A stretch of 64,000 nucleotides of DNA from Alphaproteobacteria bacterium (lineage in GTDB: Bacteria; Pseudomonadota; Alphaproteobacteria; UBA828), in NCBI GenBank assembly GCA_963667785.2, contig CAXXMU010000002.1:96001-160000 (forward strand). The letters run 5' to 3'. Both the position numbers and the translations under genes were made by a program. Under the pieces are notes generated by a model that was not told the DNA's origin, ran no database searches, and saw only the letters and a list, made by a program, of their open reading frames with translations. This document shows positions 28,637-38,486 of the stretch, piece by piece. Numbering within the stretch: the first letter of the stretch is position 1; each line of letters opens with the position of its first letter.

Positions 28637-30754
28637 CTAACCACCCCGCGCCTCTCGGTCGAGGTCGGCGAAGCCCTTGCCGTCCGCCGCGAGCCGGCTC
28701 AGCAGCGGCGCCGGCTCCCAGTAGTCCTGGCCGCTCTCGTCGAGGCGCGCGACGGTCTTGTGGATGGCGGCGAGGCCGACTCCGTCGGCCCAGTGCATCA
28801 CGCCGCCCCGCCAGCGGGGAAAGCCGTATCCGTTGATCCACACGAGATCGACGTCGCTCGCGCGGAGCGCGATGCCCTCGTCCAGGAGCCGCGCGCCTTC
28901 GTTCACCAGCGGGTAGAGGAGGCGCTCGACGATCTCGTCCGCCCCGATGGAGCGGCGGGCGATGCCGCTTTCCGCCGCGACCTCGGCGATGAGCGCGTCC
29001 ACCTCCGGATCCGGGATCGGCGTGCGGCTGCCGGGCTCGTAGCGGTAGTAGCCGGCGCCGGTCTTCTGGCCGAAGCGGCCGCGCTCGCACAGCCGGTCCG
29101 CCACCGCCGAATAGCGCTTGGACGGGTCGCGCAGGTGGGCGTCGGCCTTGCGCTTGCGCCAGCTCACGTCGAGGCCGGCGAGATCGGCGACGGCACATGG
29201 CCCCATCGCCATGCCGAAGCCGGTCATCGCGGCGTCGACGTCGATCGGCGATGCGCCTTCCTCCAGCAGGAAGCGCACCTGCCGCGTGTAGCCCTCGAGC
29301 ATGCGGTTGCCGATGAAGCCGTGGCAGACGCCCGCCACGACCGCGAGCTTGCCGAGCCTCTGCGCGAGCGCAAGCACGGTCGCCAGCGTCTCGGGCGAGG
29401 CCGAATCGGTGCGCACCACCTCCAGCAGCCGCATCACCTGCGCCGGGCTGAAGAAGTGCATGCCGAGCACGCATCCCGCGTCCCGCCGCCGGGGGACGGT
29501 ATCGGCCAGGTGGTTGACGTCGAGATAGGAGGTATTGGACGCGATGATCGCGCCCTCGTCGCATGCCGTATCGAGGGTCCTGAACACCTCCTCCTTCAGC
29601 GGCATCTCCTCGAACACCGCTTCGATGACGAGGTCGGCGCCGGCGACACCCTCCATGGTCTCGACGGGCTCGATCAGCGCCATGCGGGCCTCGGCGTCGG
29701 CCGCGCCGATGCGTCCGCGCGCGACGCGGCTCTCGTAACCGCTCCGGATCGCCGCGAGTGCACGCTCCAGGGCGCTGCCGTCGGAATCCGTCAGCCGCAC
29801 GGGGATGCCGGCGTTGGCGAAGCAGATGGCGATGCCGGTGCCCATGGTGCCGGCGCCGATGATCGCGGCCCGCTCCACCTGCCGCGCCGGCGTCTCCTTG
29901 CCGATGCCCGGCACCCTGCGGGCCTGCCGCTCCGCGAAGAACACGTGGCGGAGGGCCTTCGATTCCGCGGATGCCATGCAGGCCTCGAAGACCTCCCGCT
30001 CGTGCCGGATCCCCTCGTCGAAGGGCAGCGTCAGCGCCATCTCGACGCATTCGAGGCAGGCGAGCGGCGCCCGCTGGCCGCGCGCCCGGCGCGCCAGACG
30101 CTCGCGGGTGGCGTCGAAGACCCCCGGATCGTCCAGCACCGGTGTGCGGTCGAGCGCGAGCGGATGCGGCGGGCCGGCGGCGACCCTCTCCTCGGCGAAG
30201 GCGACGGCGCCCTGCAGCAGGTCGCCCTCGATCACCCGGTCAAGAATGCCGTGCTCGGCGGCCTCCTCGGCGGGGACGCGGGTGCCGTCGACGATCATGG
30301 CGAGCGCCGTCGAGACGTTCGCGATGCGGGGCAGGCGCTGGGTGCCGCCGGCGCCGGGCGGGAAGCCCAAGAGAACCTCCGGCTGGCCGACCCCGGTCTC
30401 CCGGCTCGCGACGCGATAGTGGCAGGAGAGCGCCATCTCGAGCCCGCCGCCGAGGCAGTAGCCGGCGAGCGCGGCGATGACCGGCTTGGTCGAGCGCTCA
30501 ATGGCCGGGATGACATGGCGGAGCGTTGGCTCGTCCTCGGGCCAGGGCTTGCCGAACATGCCGATGTCGGCGCCGGCCAGCGCGCCCCTGCCGCCGCCGC
30601 GCAGCACGATCGCGTCGATCGCATCGTCCGCTTGGGCTTCTCCCAGCCGGCTCAGGATCGCGCCGGGCACGCCCACGCTCATGGCGTTCACCGGCGGGTT
30701 GTCGATGGTGATGACGCCGATCGCGCCGTGGCGTTCCAGACTCGCGCCGCCCAT
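28637..30754 (-). CDS. Bifunctional enoyl-CoA hydratase / 3-hydroxyacyl-CoA dehydrogenase (FadB/FadJ-like)
   Basis: PPVNA, GGGLE, GAGGTQRLPR, IIGAGTMGTG, SNTS, HFFSPA and GFIGNRM motifs. Confidence 0.92.
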   Translation of the reverse strand: MGGASLERHGAIGVITIDNPPVNAMSVGVPGAILSRLGEAQADDAIDAIVLRGGGRGALAGADIGMFGKPWPEDEPTLRHVIPAIERSTKPVIAALAGYCLGGGLEMALSCHYRVASRETGVGQPEVLLGFPPGAGGTQRLPRIANVSTALAMIVDGTRVPAEEAAEHGILDRVIEGDLLQGAVAFAEERVAAGPPHPLALDRTPVLDDPGVFDATRERLARRARGQRAPLACLECVEMALTLPFDEGIRHEREVFEACMASAESKALRHVFFAERQARRVPGIGKETPARQVERAAIIGAGTMGTGIAICFANAGIPVRLTDSDGSALERALAAIRSGYESRVARGRIGAADAEARMALIEPVETMEGVAGADLVIEAVFEEMPLKEEVFRTLDTACDEGAIIASNTSYLDVNHLADTVPRRRDAGCVLGMHFFSPAQVMRLLEVVRTDSASPETLATVLALAQRLGKLAVVAGVCHGFIGNRMLEGYTRQVRFLLEEGASPIDVDAAMTGFGMAMGPCAVADLAGLDVSWRKRKADAHLRDPSKRYSAVADRLCERGRFGQKTGAGYYRYEPGSRTPIPDPEVDALIAEVAAESGIARRSIGADEIVERLLYPLVNEGARLLDEGIALRASDVDLVWINGYGFPRWRGGVMHWADGVGLAAIHKTVARLDESGQDYWEPAPLLSRLAADGKGFADLDREARGG

Positions 30755-30777
30755 CTGTTGTGTTCCTCTGTCTCTGC

Positions 30778-30841
30778 TGTGGAAGACCTGCGGGTAACCT
30801 GTGGAAAGTCGGTGAGTTTGCTGTTGAAAACGAATGGAAAA
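30778..30841. promoter_or_regulatory. Array of DnaA-box-like 9-mers at 11-bp spacing
   Basis: TGTGGAAGA (30778), TGCGGGTAA (30789), TGTGGAAAG (30800), TGTTGAAAA (30822) and AATGGAAAA (30833), each 1-2 mismatches from TGTGNAWAA. Confidence 0.6.
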
Positions 30842-30855
30842 CGCCGCCGGCGCCC

Positions 30856-32034
30856 TCAGGCCGCGCACACCTCGTCGAGCAGGCGGCGCATGAAGGCCTC
30901 GCAGGCGCGCACCTGGCTCACCTCGATGTACTCGTTGGGCTGATGCGCCTGTAGGATGCTGCCGGGCCCGCAGATCACGGTCGGGATTCCGACCTCCTGG
31001 AAGAGACCCGCCTCGGTGCCGTAGGCGACCACCTCGGTATGGTTGGTGCGCGCAAGCGCCATCACGATCGCCTCGGCCGGTGAGCCGTCCTCGGGCACCA
31101 GCCCCGGCACCTGGGCGCGGGATTCGGTGGTGATCGCGGTACCGGGATCGACGGCCTGCATGCGGGGCAGCACGGTCTCCGTGGCGAATTCCTCGAAACG
31201 GGCGCGAATCTCGTCGGGGTCCGCCCCCGGCATCAGCCGGTATTCCCAGGTGAAGCCGCAGTCGAGCGGCACGATGTTCTGGGCCGTGCCGCCACGGATC
31301 GTGCCCACGTGAACGGTCGTGTAGGGCGGATCGAAGCCGCTCTCCGGCTCGGCGCGGCCGGCCATCTCGTCGGCCATCTCGGTCAGGAAGTGGACCAGCG
31401 TCGCCGCATGCTGCACCGCATTCACCCCGAGATGGGTGGCGCTGGAATGGACCTCCCGGCCGCGCACGCGGGTCTGGAAGCTGTAGACGCCCTTGTGAGC
31501 GTTCACCACAGCCATGTTCGTGGGCTCGCCCACGATCACGATGTGCGGCTTGACGCCGAGCGAGGTGCCCAGCCGGTCGATCATCAGCGGCGCGCCGAGG
31601 CAGCCGACCTCCTCGTCGAAGGAGAGCGCGAAATGGATCGGGGTCTTGAGCGGCCGCGCGACGAATTCCGGGACCAGGGCGAGCGCGATCGCGCTGAAGC
31701 TCTTCATGTCCGAGGTGCCGCGCCCGTAGAGGCGGCCGTCCTTCTCCACGACGCGGAAGGGATCGGTATCCCAGGGCTGGCCGTCCACCGGCACCACATC
31801 GGTGTGGCCCGAGAGCGCGATGCCGGGCACGTCCTCCGGCCCCACCGTCGCGTAAAGATTCGCCTTGTTTTCGTTCTCGTCGTGAATAAGTGTAGAATCA
31901 ATACCGTGCGAGGCGAGATAGTCTCGTACGAAGTGAATGAGCGCGAGGTTAGACTCGCGACTAGTCGTGTCAAAAGACACGAGCCGCTCAATCAACTCGA
32001 TGGAATCGTAATGGGTGCCGGACATTTGCATCAC
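30856..32034 (-). CDS. argE: Acetylornithine deacetylase (M20 family)
   Basis: LSGHTDVVP, GRGTSDMK, DEEVGC, GEPT and AHQPNE motifs. Confidence 0.92.
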   Translation of the reverse strand: MMQMSGTHYDSIELIERLVSFDTTSRESNLALIHFVRDYLASHGIDSTLIHDENENKANLYATVGPEDVPGIALSGHTDVVPVDGQPWDTDPFRVVEKDGRLYGRGTSDMKSFSAIALALVPEFVARPLKTPIHFALSFDEEVGCLGAPLMIDRLGTSLGVKPHIVIVGEPTNMAVVNAHKGVYSFQTRVRGREVHSSATHLGVNAVQHAATLVHFLTEMADEMAGRAEPESGFDPPYTTVHVGTIRGGTAQNIVPLDCGFTWEYRLMPGADPDEIRARFEEFATETVLPRMQAVDPGTAITTESRAQVPGLVPEDGSPAEAIVMALARTNHTEVVAYGTEAGLFQEVGIPTVICGPGSILQAHQPNEYIEVSQVRACEAFMRRLLDEVCAA

Positions 32035-32175
32035 CGTTCGTTCGTCGGGCCGGGATTGTCACCGCGCCGCGGCAGCGGCACAAGGCCGCCCACGACCGGT
32101 CGCCGCCCGGCATATACCCTGGATTCCTGAGCGCCCGCCTCGGGCTGCCGACTGCCGGGGAGGGGGAAAGCGCCG

Positions 32176-33429
32176 TTGGCTCGCCGCCGCTACCGCTTTC
32201 TGAAGATCGCGCTGCCGCTGCTCACGGTCGTGTGCGCGGTGCTGGCGGTCGGCTATCTGCGGGCGACGAAGCCGGAGATCGAGCGCACCGGGCCGGCGGA
32301 GCGGGAGCGCCCGATCGCCGCGGCGACGGTGCAGATCGCCGACATTCAGCCCTTCATCGAGGCCTTCGGCGAGGTGGTCGCGCAGCGCGACGTGGAGCTG
32401 CGGGCGCTGGTGGCCGGGCCCGTGGTCGCGGTCGGCGAGAACTTCGTCAACGGCGGCACGGTGCGGGCGGGCGAGCTCCTGGTGGAGATCGATCCGTTCG
32501 AGTACCGGGCCCGCGTGACGGAGGCGGAGGCCGCGCTGGCCGAGGCGCGGGCGCTTCTGGCGGAGACGGCGGCGGAGCTCGGCGCGGAGGAGGCGGGGCT
32601 CGTCGAGGCGCGGACGCAGCTCTCGCTGGCCGAGCGCGAGCTGGCGCGCCGCGAGGATCTCCTCGCGAAGGGGACGGCCGCGCAGAAGACGGTCGACGAC
32701 GCGCTGGTGCGACGGAGCGAGCGGACGCGCGCGGCGACGGCCACGGCGCAGCGCGCGGCGGGCCTTCGCGCCCGCATCGCCCGTCAGGAGGCGGTGATCG
32801 CCCGCAGCGAGGTGGCGCTGGAGCGGGCCGGGCGCGACCTCGCGAACGCGCGGCTGGTGGCGCCCTTCGACGGCTATCTGACCGGGGTCACCGCGGCGCT
32901 CGGCAAGCGTCTCGGCGTGAACGACCGGGTGGTGCGCCTGCTGGACCAGGCGCGCCTCGACATCCGGATCCACCTGAGCGATGCGGACTATGGCCGGCTG
33001 GTGTCGTCGGCGGCCGGTCTTCGCGGGCGTCCGGTGGAGGTGACCTGGCGTGCGGGCGAGCGGAACTTTCCCTTCCGCGCGGTGATCCAGCGGGCAGACG
33101 GCGAGGCGGATGCGGCGAGCGGGGGCATCCGGGTCTATGCGCGGATCAGCCAGGGCGCGGCCGAGGTGCCGCTGCGTCCCGGCGCGTTCGTGGAGGTGCG
33201 CATCCCCGACCGGGTGTACCGCGCTGCCGCGCGTCTGCCGGAGACCGCGCTCGTGAACGGCGACACGGTCTATGCCGTTGTCCAGGGCCGGCTGGAGCCG
33301 CGTCGGGTCACCCTGCTGGCGCGCGTGGGCAACGATGTGGTGGTCTCGGGCGCCATCGCCGACGGTGAGCCCATCGCCACCACCCGCTTTCCCGAGATCG
33401 GACCGGGCGTCAGGGTCGAGGTGCGATGA
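32176..33429 (+). CDS. RND efflux periplasmic adaptor (membrane fusion protein)
   Basis: N-terminal transmembrane segment, lipoyl halves, long coiled coil, APFDG and LRPGAFV. Confidence 0.88.
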   Translation: MARRRYRFLKIALPLLTVVCAVLAVGYLRATKPEIERTGPAERERPIAAATVQIADIQPFIEAFGEVVAQRDVELRALVAGPVVAVGENFVNGGTVRAGELLVEIDPFEYRARVTEAEAALAEARALLAETAAELGAEEAGLVEARTQLSLAERELARREDLLAKGTAAQKTVDDALVRRSERTRAATATAQRAAGLRARIARQEAVIARSEVALERAGRDLANARLVAPFDGYLTGVTAALGKRLGVNDRVVRLLDQARLDIRIHLSDADYGRLVSSAAGLRGRPVEVTWRAGERNFPFRAVIQRADGEADAASGGIRVYARISQGAAEVPLRPGAFVEVRIPDRVYRAAARLPETALVNGDTVYAVVQGRLEPRRVTLLARVGNDVVVSGAIADGEPIATTRFPEIGPGVRVEVR

Positions 33430-36400
33430 CGCCCACCGGTGGCGGTGTGATCGCGCTGTTCACGCGCCACCGCACGGCCGCCAACCTCGTGATGGTGCTG
33501 ATGATCCTGTTCGGCGTGCTCGGGCTCGCGCGCATGAACACCCAGTTCTTCCCCACCTTCGACGTCGAATGGGTCTCGGTCGGCGTGACCTGGCCCGGCG
33601 CCAGCGCCGAGGACGTGGATACCAACATCGTCGCGGCGATCGAGCCGGAGGTCCGCTTCCTCGACGGGGTCAAGCGCGTCTTCTCGCAGTCCGTGGAGGG
33701 TGTCGGCTCGGTCGTCGTGGAGTTCGAGCCGGGAACGAATCTCGATACGGCGCTGGCCAACGTCGAGAACGCCGTGGACCGGGTCGAGACGCTGCCGGAG
33801 AACGCCGAGAAGCCGGTCGTCAACCGCCTCTACTTCTACGAGAGCATAGGCAATATCGTCGTCTCGGGCCCGTTCTCCGAGGCGGCCCTGCGGGCCCACG
33901 CCAAGGACATCCGCGAGCGTCTCCTTGCCGCCGGCGTCGACAAGGTCGACCTCTTCGGCAGCCGGCGCGAGGAGATCTGGGTCGAGGTCGGCGAAGGGCG
34001 CCTGCGCCAGCTCGACCTCACGCTCGGCGATATCGCGGCGCGGATCGGCACGAGCTCGACCGACCTGCCTTCCGGCATCGTCCCTGCCGGCACCAACAAG
34101 CAGATTCGCAGCCTGGGCCTCGCCAGATCGGCCGAGGAGATCGGCCAGGTCGAGATCGTTGCGCGCGAGGACGGGGCCAAGGTGCACCTCCGCGACATCG
34201 CGTCGGTCAGCGAACAGTTCAACGAGCGGGACGCGATCGCCTTCAGGGCCGGCTACCCCGCCATCGAGCTGCAGGTGCGCCGCGCGAGCACGTCCGATTC
34301 GCTGGAGCAGGCCGGCATACTCGATGCCTTTCTCGAGGAGTTGCGGCCGACGCTGCCGCCGACTCTGGTGGTCGAGCACTACGACGATGCGGCGGAGCTG
34401 ATCGACGACCGCATCGACATGCTGCTCCGCAACGGCGCGAGCGGGCTGGCCCTGGTGGTGCTTGTGCTGTTCATCTTCCTGAGCACGCGGGTCGCCTTTT
34501 GGGTCACGGTCGGCATCCCCGTCTCGCTGCTCGCCACCCTCGGCGTGATGATGCTGACCGGCCAGACCATCAACATGGTGAGCCTGTTCGCGCTCATCAT
34601 GGCGATCGGCATCATCGTGGACGATGCCATCGTGGTCGGCGAGCACGCGGTGACCCAGCGCACCGCGGGCGCCGGACCGGCCGACGCGGCGGAACTCGGC
34701 GCGCGGCGCATGTTCGCGCCGGTGATGGCGGCGACGCTCACCAGCATCGCCGCCTTCCTGCCGCTCTTCATGGTCTCGGGTCAGATCGGCGAGATCATCG
34801 GCGCCATTCCGCTCGTGATCGTGGCCGTCCTCGTCGCGAGCCTGATCGAGTGCTTCCTCGTGCTGCCCGGCCATCTGCGTATCGGTCTCAAGGCCGATCC
34901 GCGCGGGGAGAACCGGTTCGCGCGATGGTTCAACCCGCGCTTCGAGGCCTTCCGCGACGGGCTGTTCGCCCGCATCGTGCGGGGCTGCGTGGCCTGGCGG
35001 TACCTCACGGTGTGTGTCGCGATCGGTCTGCTGCTGGTATTCATCGGCCTGGTCGCCGGCGGGCGCATCTCCTTCGTCTTCTTCCCCTCGCCGGAATCGG
35101 ATTCCGTGCTCGCCAACGTCATCTTCGTCGAGGGCACCAAGCGGGAGACCACGATCGCCATGGTGGACGAGCTCGGGCGGGCGCTGGACGAGGCCGAGCT
35201 CGCGCTCACCGACGGCGCCGGCGGCCTCGTGGCGATGAGCCTCGGCCAGGTGGGCAAGCCGGCGTCCCGTCCCAACACCTTCTTCCTCGGCACCGGCGAC
35301 CACGTGGGTGCCATGCGGGTCGAGCTGCAGCCCTCGGACCGGCGCACCATACGCACCCAGGCGCTGGTCGAGGAATGGCGCAGCCGGATACGACCGCTGC
35401 CGGGGCTGGAGACCATGACGATCCTCGAGCGCCAGGCCGGGCCGCCCGGTCGCGAGATCGACATTCGCATCGCGGGCGACGAGGTGCAGGCGCTCAAGGC
35501 GGCGGCGGGCGAGGTGCGCACGCTGCTCGCCCGCTTCCCCGGCGTGAGCGACATCGAGGACAACACGCCCTACGGCAAGCAGGAGGCGATCCTGACCGTG
35601 AACGCGCGCGGCCGTGCCCTCGGCTTCACCACCGAGAGCGCCGCGGGCCAGGTGCGCGCCGCCTTCGAGGGCGTGATCGCGCGGCGCTTCGCGCGGGGCG
35701 ACGAGGAGGTCGCGATCCGCGTCCGCCTGCCGCACGACGAACTCACCGAAGGCGATCTCCGACGCTTCTACCTGCGCAGCCCCGGCGGAGTCGAAGTGCC
35801 GCTCTCCGAAGTGGTCGACTTCGACGAGGCGACCGGATTCGCGAGCATCCGCCGCGAGGACGGCCAGCGCACGATCGCCGTCACGGCGGAGATCGACGAA
35901 TCGGTCACCAACACCGACGAGGTGATCGGCGCGCTTCAGGCCGAGGGTCTGCCGGAGATCGCGCAGAAGCACGGTGTCGGCGTCCTGCTGCGCGGCAAGG
36001 CCGAGGAGCAGGCGACGACCATGGGCGACATGATGACCGGCGCCACGGTCGCCCTGGTTGCGATCTATCTCATCCTGGCCTGGGTGTTCTCCAGCTACAC
36101 CCGCCCGCTCTTCGTCATGGCGGTGATCCCCTTCGGCGCGGTCGGCGCGGTCTTCGGCCACTACGTGCTCGGCTACGACCTCACCGTGCTGAGCATGATG
36201 GCGCTGCTCGGGCTCAGCGGCATCGTGGTCAACGATTCGATCATCCTGGTGCGCGCCATCCAGGATCGCCTCAATGCCGGCGAGGCGCCGATGGAGGCCT
36301 TGGTGGGCGGTGCGCGGGACCGCCTGCGCGCGGTCATTCTCACCTCGGTGACGACGATCTTCGGCCTCACGCCTCTGCTCTTCGAGACCAGCCTTCAGGC

Positions 36401-36599
36401 GCAGTTCCTGAAGCCCATGGCGGTGACCATCGTCTTCGGCCTGCTCGGCGTGACCCTGATCGTGCTGATCCTGGTGCCGAGCCTGCTCGCCATCCAGGAC
36501 GATCTGGCCGCCCTCTTCGGCCGCAGGACCGCCGCGAGCGAGGGGAGTGCTGCGGACGACGGCCCGCCCCGCCTGCAGCCAAGCGCGGGCGACGGTTGA
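33426..36599 (+). CDS. RND efflux permease (AcrB/AcrD/AcrF family)
   Basis: 1057 aa; AANL, GIIVDDAIVVGE, GIVVNDSI and RLRAVILTS motifs; ATGA overlap with the adaptor gene. Confidence 0.93.
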   Translation: MTPTGGGVIALFTRHRTAANLVMVLMILFGVLGLARMNTQFFPTFDVEWVSVGVTWPGASAEDVDTNIVAAIEPEVRFLDGVKRVFSQSVEGVGSVVVEFEPGTNLDTALANVENAVDRVETLPENAEKPVVNRLYFYESIGNIVVSGPFSEAALRAHAKDIRERLLAAGVDKVDLFGSRREEIWVEVGEGRLRQLDLTLGDIAARIGTSSTDLPSGIVPAGTNKQIRSLGLARSAEEIGQVEIVAREDGAKVHLRDIASVSEQFNERDAIAFRAGYPAIELQVRRASTSDSLEQAGILDAFLEELRPTLPPTLVVEHYDDAAELIDDRIDMLLRNGASGLALVVLVLFIFLSTRVAFWVTVGIPVSLLATLGVMMLTGQTINMVSLFALIMAIGIIVDDAIVVGEHAVTQRTAGAGPADAAELGARRMFAPVMAATLTSIAAFLPLFMVSGQIGEIIGAIPLVIVAVLVASLIECFLVLPGHLRIGLKADPRGENRFARWFNPRFEAFRDGLFARIVRGCVAWRYLTVCVAIGLLLVFIGLVAGGRISFVFFPSPESDSVLANVIFVEGTKRETTIAMVDELGRALDEAELALTDGAGGLVAMSLGQVGKPASRPNTFFLGTGDHVGAMRVELQPSDRRTIRTQALVEEWRSRIRPLPGLETMTILERQAGPPGREIDIRIAGDEVQALKAAAGEVRTLLARFPGVSDIEDNTPYGKQEAILTVNARGRALGFTTESAAGQVRAAFEGVIARRFARGDEEVAIRVRLPHDELTEGDLRRFYLRSPGGVEVPLSEVVDFDEATGFASIRREDGQRTIAVTAEIDESVTNTDEVIGALQAEGLPEIAQKHGVGVLLRGKAEEQATTMGDMMTGATVALVAIYLILAWVFSSYTRPLFVMAVIPFGAVGAVFGHYVLGYDLTVLSMMALLGLSGIVVNDSIILVRAIQDRLNAGEAPMEALVGGARDRLRAVILTSVTTIFGLTPLLFETSLQAQFLKPMAVTIVFGLLGVTLIVLILVPSLLAIQDDLAALFGRRTAASEGSAADDGPPRLQPSAGDG

Positions 36600-36686
36600 T
36601 CGCCGCTCCGATCGCGACTACACAGCGCGCGCACCGTCGGCGGGTCTTCCCGCCGGGGGGGGCGACAGGAACGGGGAGGAGCGGGC

Positions 36687-37904
36687 GTGAACGGTATCCT
36701 CAAGGGCTTGCGCGTGGTCGAGGGCTCGGCCTTCGTCGCCGCCCCGCTCGGCGGCATGACGCTGGCCCAGATGGGAGCGGACGTGATCCGCTTCGATCCG
36801 CTCGGCGGCGGCCTCGACTACCGGCGCTGGCCGGTCACGCCGGAGAACGAGAGCATCTACTGGGCCGGCATGAACAAGGGCAAGCGCTCCTTCGCGGTCA
36901 ATCTGCGCGAGGCCGAAGGGCGCGAGCTGGTCGCCGCCCTCATCGCGGCGCCGGGGCCCGAGGCCGGCATCTTCCTCACCAACCTCCAGGTCGGCGACTG
37001 GCTCTCCTACGAGACGCTCCGCGCCAGGCGCGCCGATCTCATCATGCTCCGCATCATCGGCAACCCGGACGGCACGGTGGCGGTCGACTACACCGTGAAC
37101 GCCCGTATGGGCTGGCCCTTCGTGACCGGGCCGGCGGAGCTCGACGAGCCGGTCAACAACGTGCTCCCGGGCTGGGACCTGACCTGCGGGCTCACCGCCT
37201 CGATCGGCCTGCTCGCCGCCGAGCGCCACCGCAGCCGCACCGGCGAGGGGCAGGAGATCAGGCTCAGCCTCGCCGATGTCGCCTACCACATCACCGGCTC
37301 CCTCGGTTACATCGGCGACGTCGAGATCAACGGCGCCGAGCGGCCGCGCATCGGCAACGACATGTACGGCACCTTCGGCGGCGACTTCGCCACGCGCGAC
37401 GGCCGCCGGGTCATGCTGGTGGTGGTGACGCCGCGCCACGTCAGGGCGCTGGGGCAGGCGAGCGGGCTGACGGAGACCTTCGCCGCCATCGAGGCGGAGC
37501 ACGGCGTCGACCTCGCCGACGAGGCCGACCGCTGGATCGTGCGCAGGGAGCTCCGCGCGGCGCTCGAGCCCTGGTTCGCCTCGCTCGACCTGGACGAGAT
37601 CGGCACCCGCCTCACCGAGGCCGGCGTGCTCTGGGGGCCGTTCCGCAGTCACCGCCAGATGGTGGCGGAGGACCCCTTCTGCACGACCGAGAACCCCCTG
37701 TTCCAGAGGATCGATCAGCCGGGAATCGGGCCTCTGCTCACGCCGGGCTCGCCGCTGGATTTCGCCGCCGCGCCGCGCAGGGCGGTCAAGCCGGGGCCCC
37801 GGCTCGGCGAGCATACCGACGAGATTCTGGCAGACGTGCTGGGTCTCGGTGACGGCGCCATCGGCGCGCTGCACGAGCGCGGCATCGTCGCCGGGCCGGC
37901 GTAG
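36687..37904 (+). CDS. mct: Family III CoA-transferase, mesaconyl-CoA C1-C4 CoA transferase (Mct)-like
   Basis: GILKGLRVVEGSAFVAAPLGGMTLAQ.GADVIRFDP.GGGLDY.RWP, VDYTVN and LP.WD closely match the Chloroflexus Mct sequence as recalled. Confidence 0.8.
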   Translation: MNGILKGLRVVEGSAFVAAPLGGMTLAQMGADVIRFDPLGGGLDYRRWPVTPENESIYWAGMNKGKRSFAVNLREAEGRELVAALIAAPGPEAGIFLTNLQVGDWLSYETLRARRADLIMLRIIGNPDGTVAVDYTVNARMGWPFVTGPAELDEPVNNVLPGWDLTCGLTASIGLLAAERHRSRTGEGQEIRLSLADVAYHITGSLGYIGDVEINGAERPRIGNDMYGTFGGDFATRDGRRVMLVVVTPRHVRALGQASGLTETFAAIEAEHGVDLADEADRWIVRRELRAALEPWFASLDLDEIGTRLTEAGVLWGPFRSHRQMVAEDPFCTTENPLFQRIDQPGIGPLLTPGSPLDFAAAPRRAVKPGPRLGEHTDEILADVLGLGDGAIGALHERGIVAGPA

Positions 37905-37911
37905 GCGCGGG

Positions 37912-38475
37912 TCAGACGCCCTCGACCAGCACCGCCTCGATCGGGGCTAACCCGATGACCTGCGCCCGCGCCCTCCGGGAGTCGTCCGACCTGATCCACG
38001 CCCGCGCTTTCGCGGCGCTGTCGAACTCCAGAACCGACACGCTGTCGCCGGGCCAGCTTCCCTCCCTGATCTCGAGCGTTCCCCCGGCGACGAGGACCCG
38101 CCCTCCGGCGGCTGCGGCTACGACGAGCTCGAGGTCGACTGCCGCATGGCAGACGACCAGATAGACGCTGCCCTCGCCCCTCGCGTCGCCGTCGCCATCA
38201 AGCAGGACGACGTTCCCGGTGGATGCCTGGTGGCGGATGGCGCGCGCTTCCACGTAGGCGGGCGACTCGTACCAGGCAGCGGCCCGCGCGGGGCTGTCGA
38301 ACTGAAGCAGCACCAGCCGCCCCGGCGTCCACGGGCCCTCGATCACCTCGTGCTCCCCGCCGCGCACGAGGAAGCGCCCGTCGAAGGCCGCGATGGTGTC
38401 CGGCGTCAGCGCCCGGTAGCCGGCATAGGTCTCCGGATCGGTGACGGTGACGTCGGCGATCACATAGCCTGGCAC
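37912..38475 (-). CDS. Tandem DUF1330 domain protein
   Basis: GRFLVRGG....EG.W...R.V...FDS...A.AWY.S..Y followed by a second, degenerate copy; GAGG RBS before GTG 38475. Confidence 0.8.
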   Translation of the reverse strand: MPGYVIADVTVTDPETYAGYRALTPDTIAAFDGRFLVRGGEHEVIEGPWTPGRLVLLQFDSPARAAAWYESPAYVEARAIRHQASTGNVVLLDGDGDARGEGSVYLVVCHAAVDLELVVAAAAGGRVLVAGGTLEIREGSWPGDSVSVLEFDSAAKARAWIRSDDSRRARAQVIGLAPIEAVLVEGV

Positions 38476-38486
38476 GGCGGGCACCC

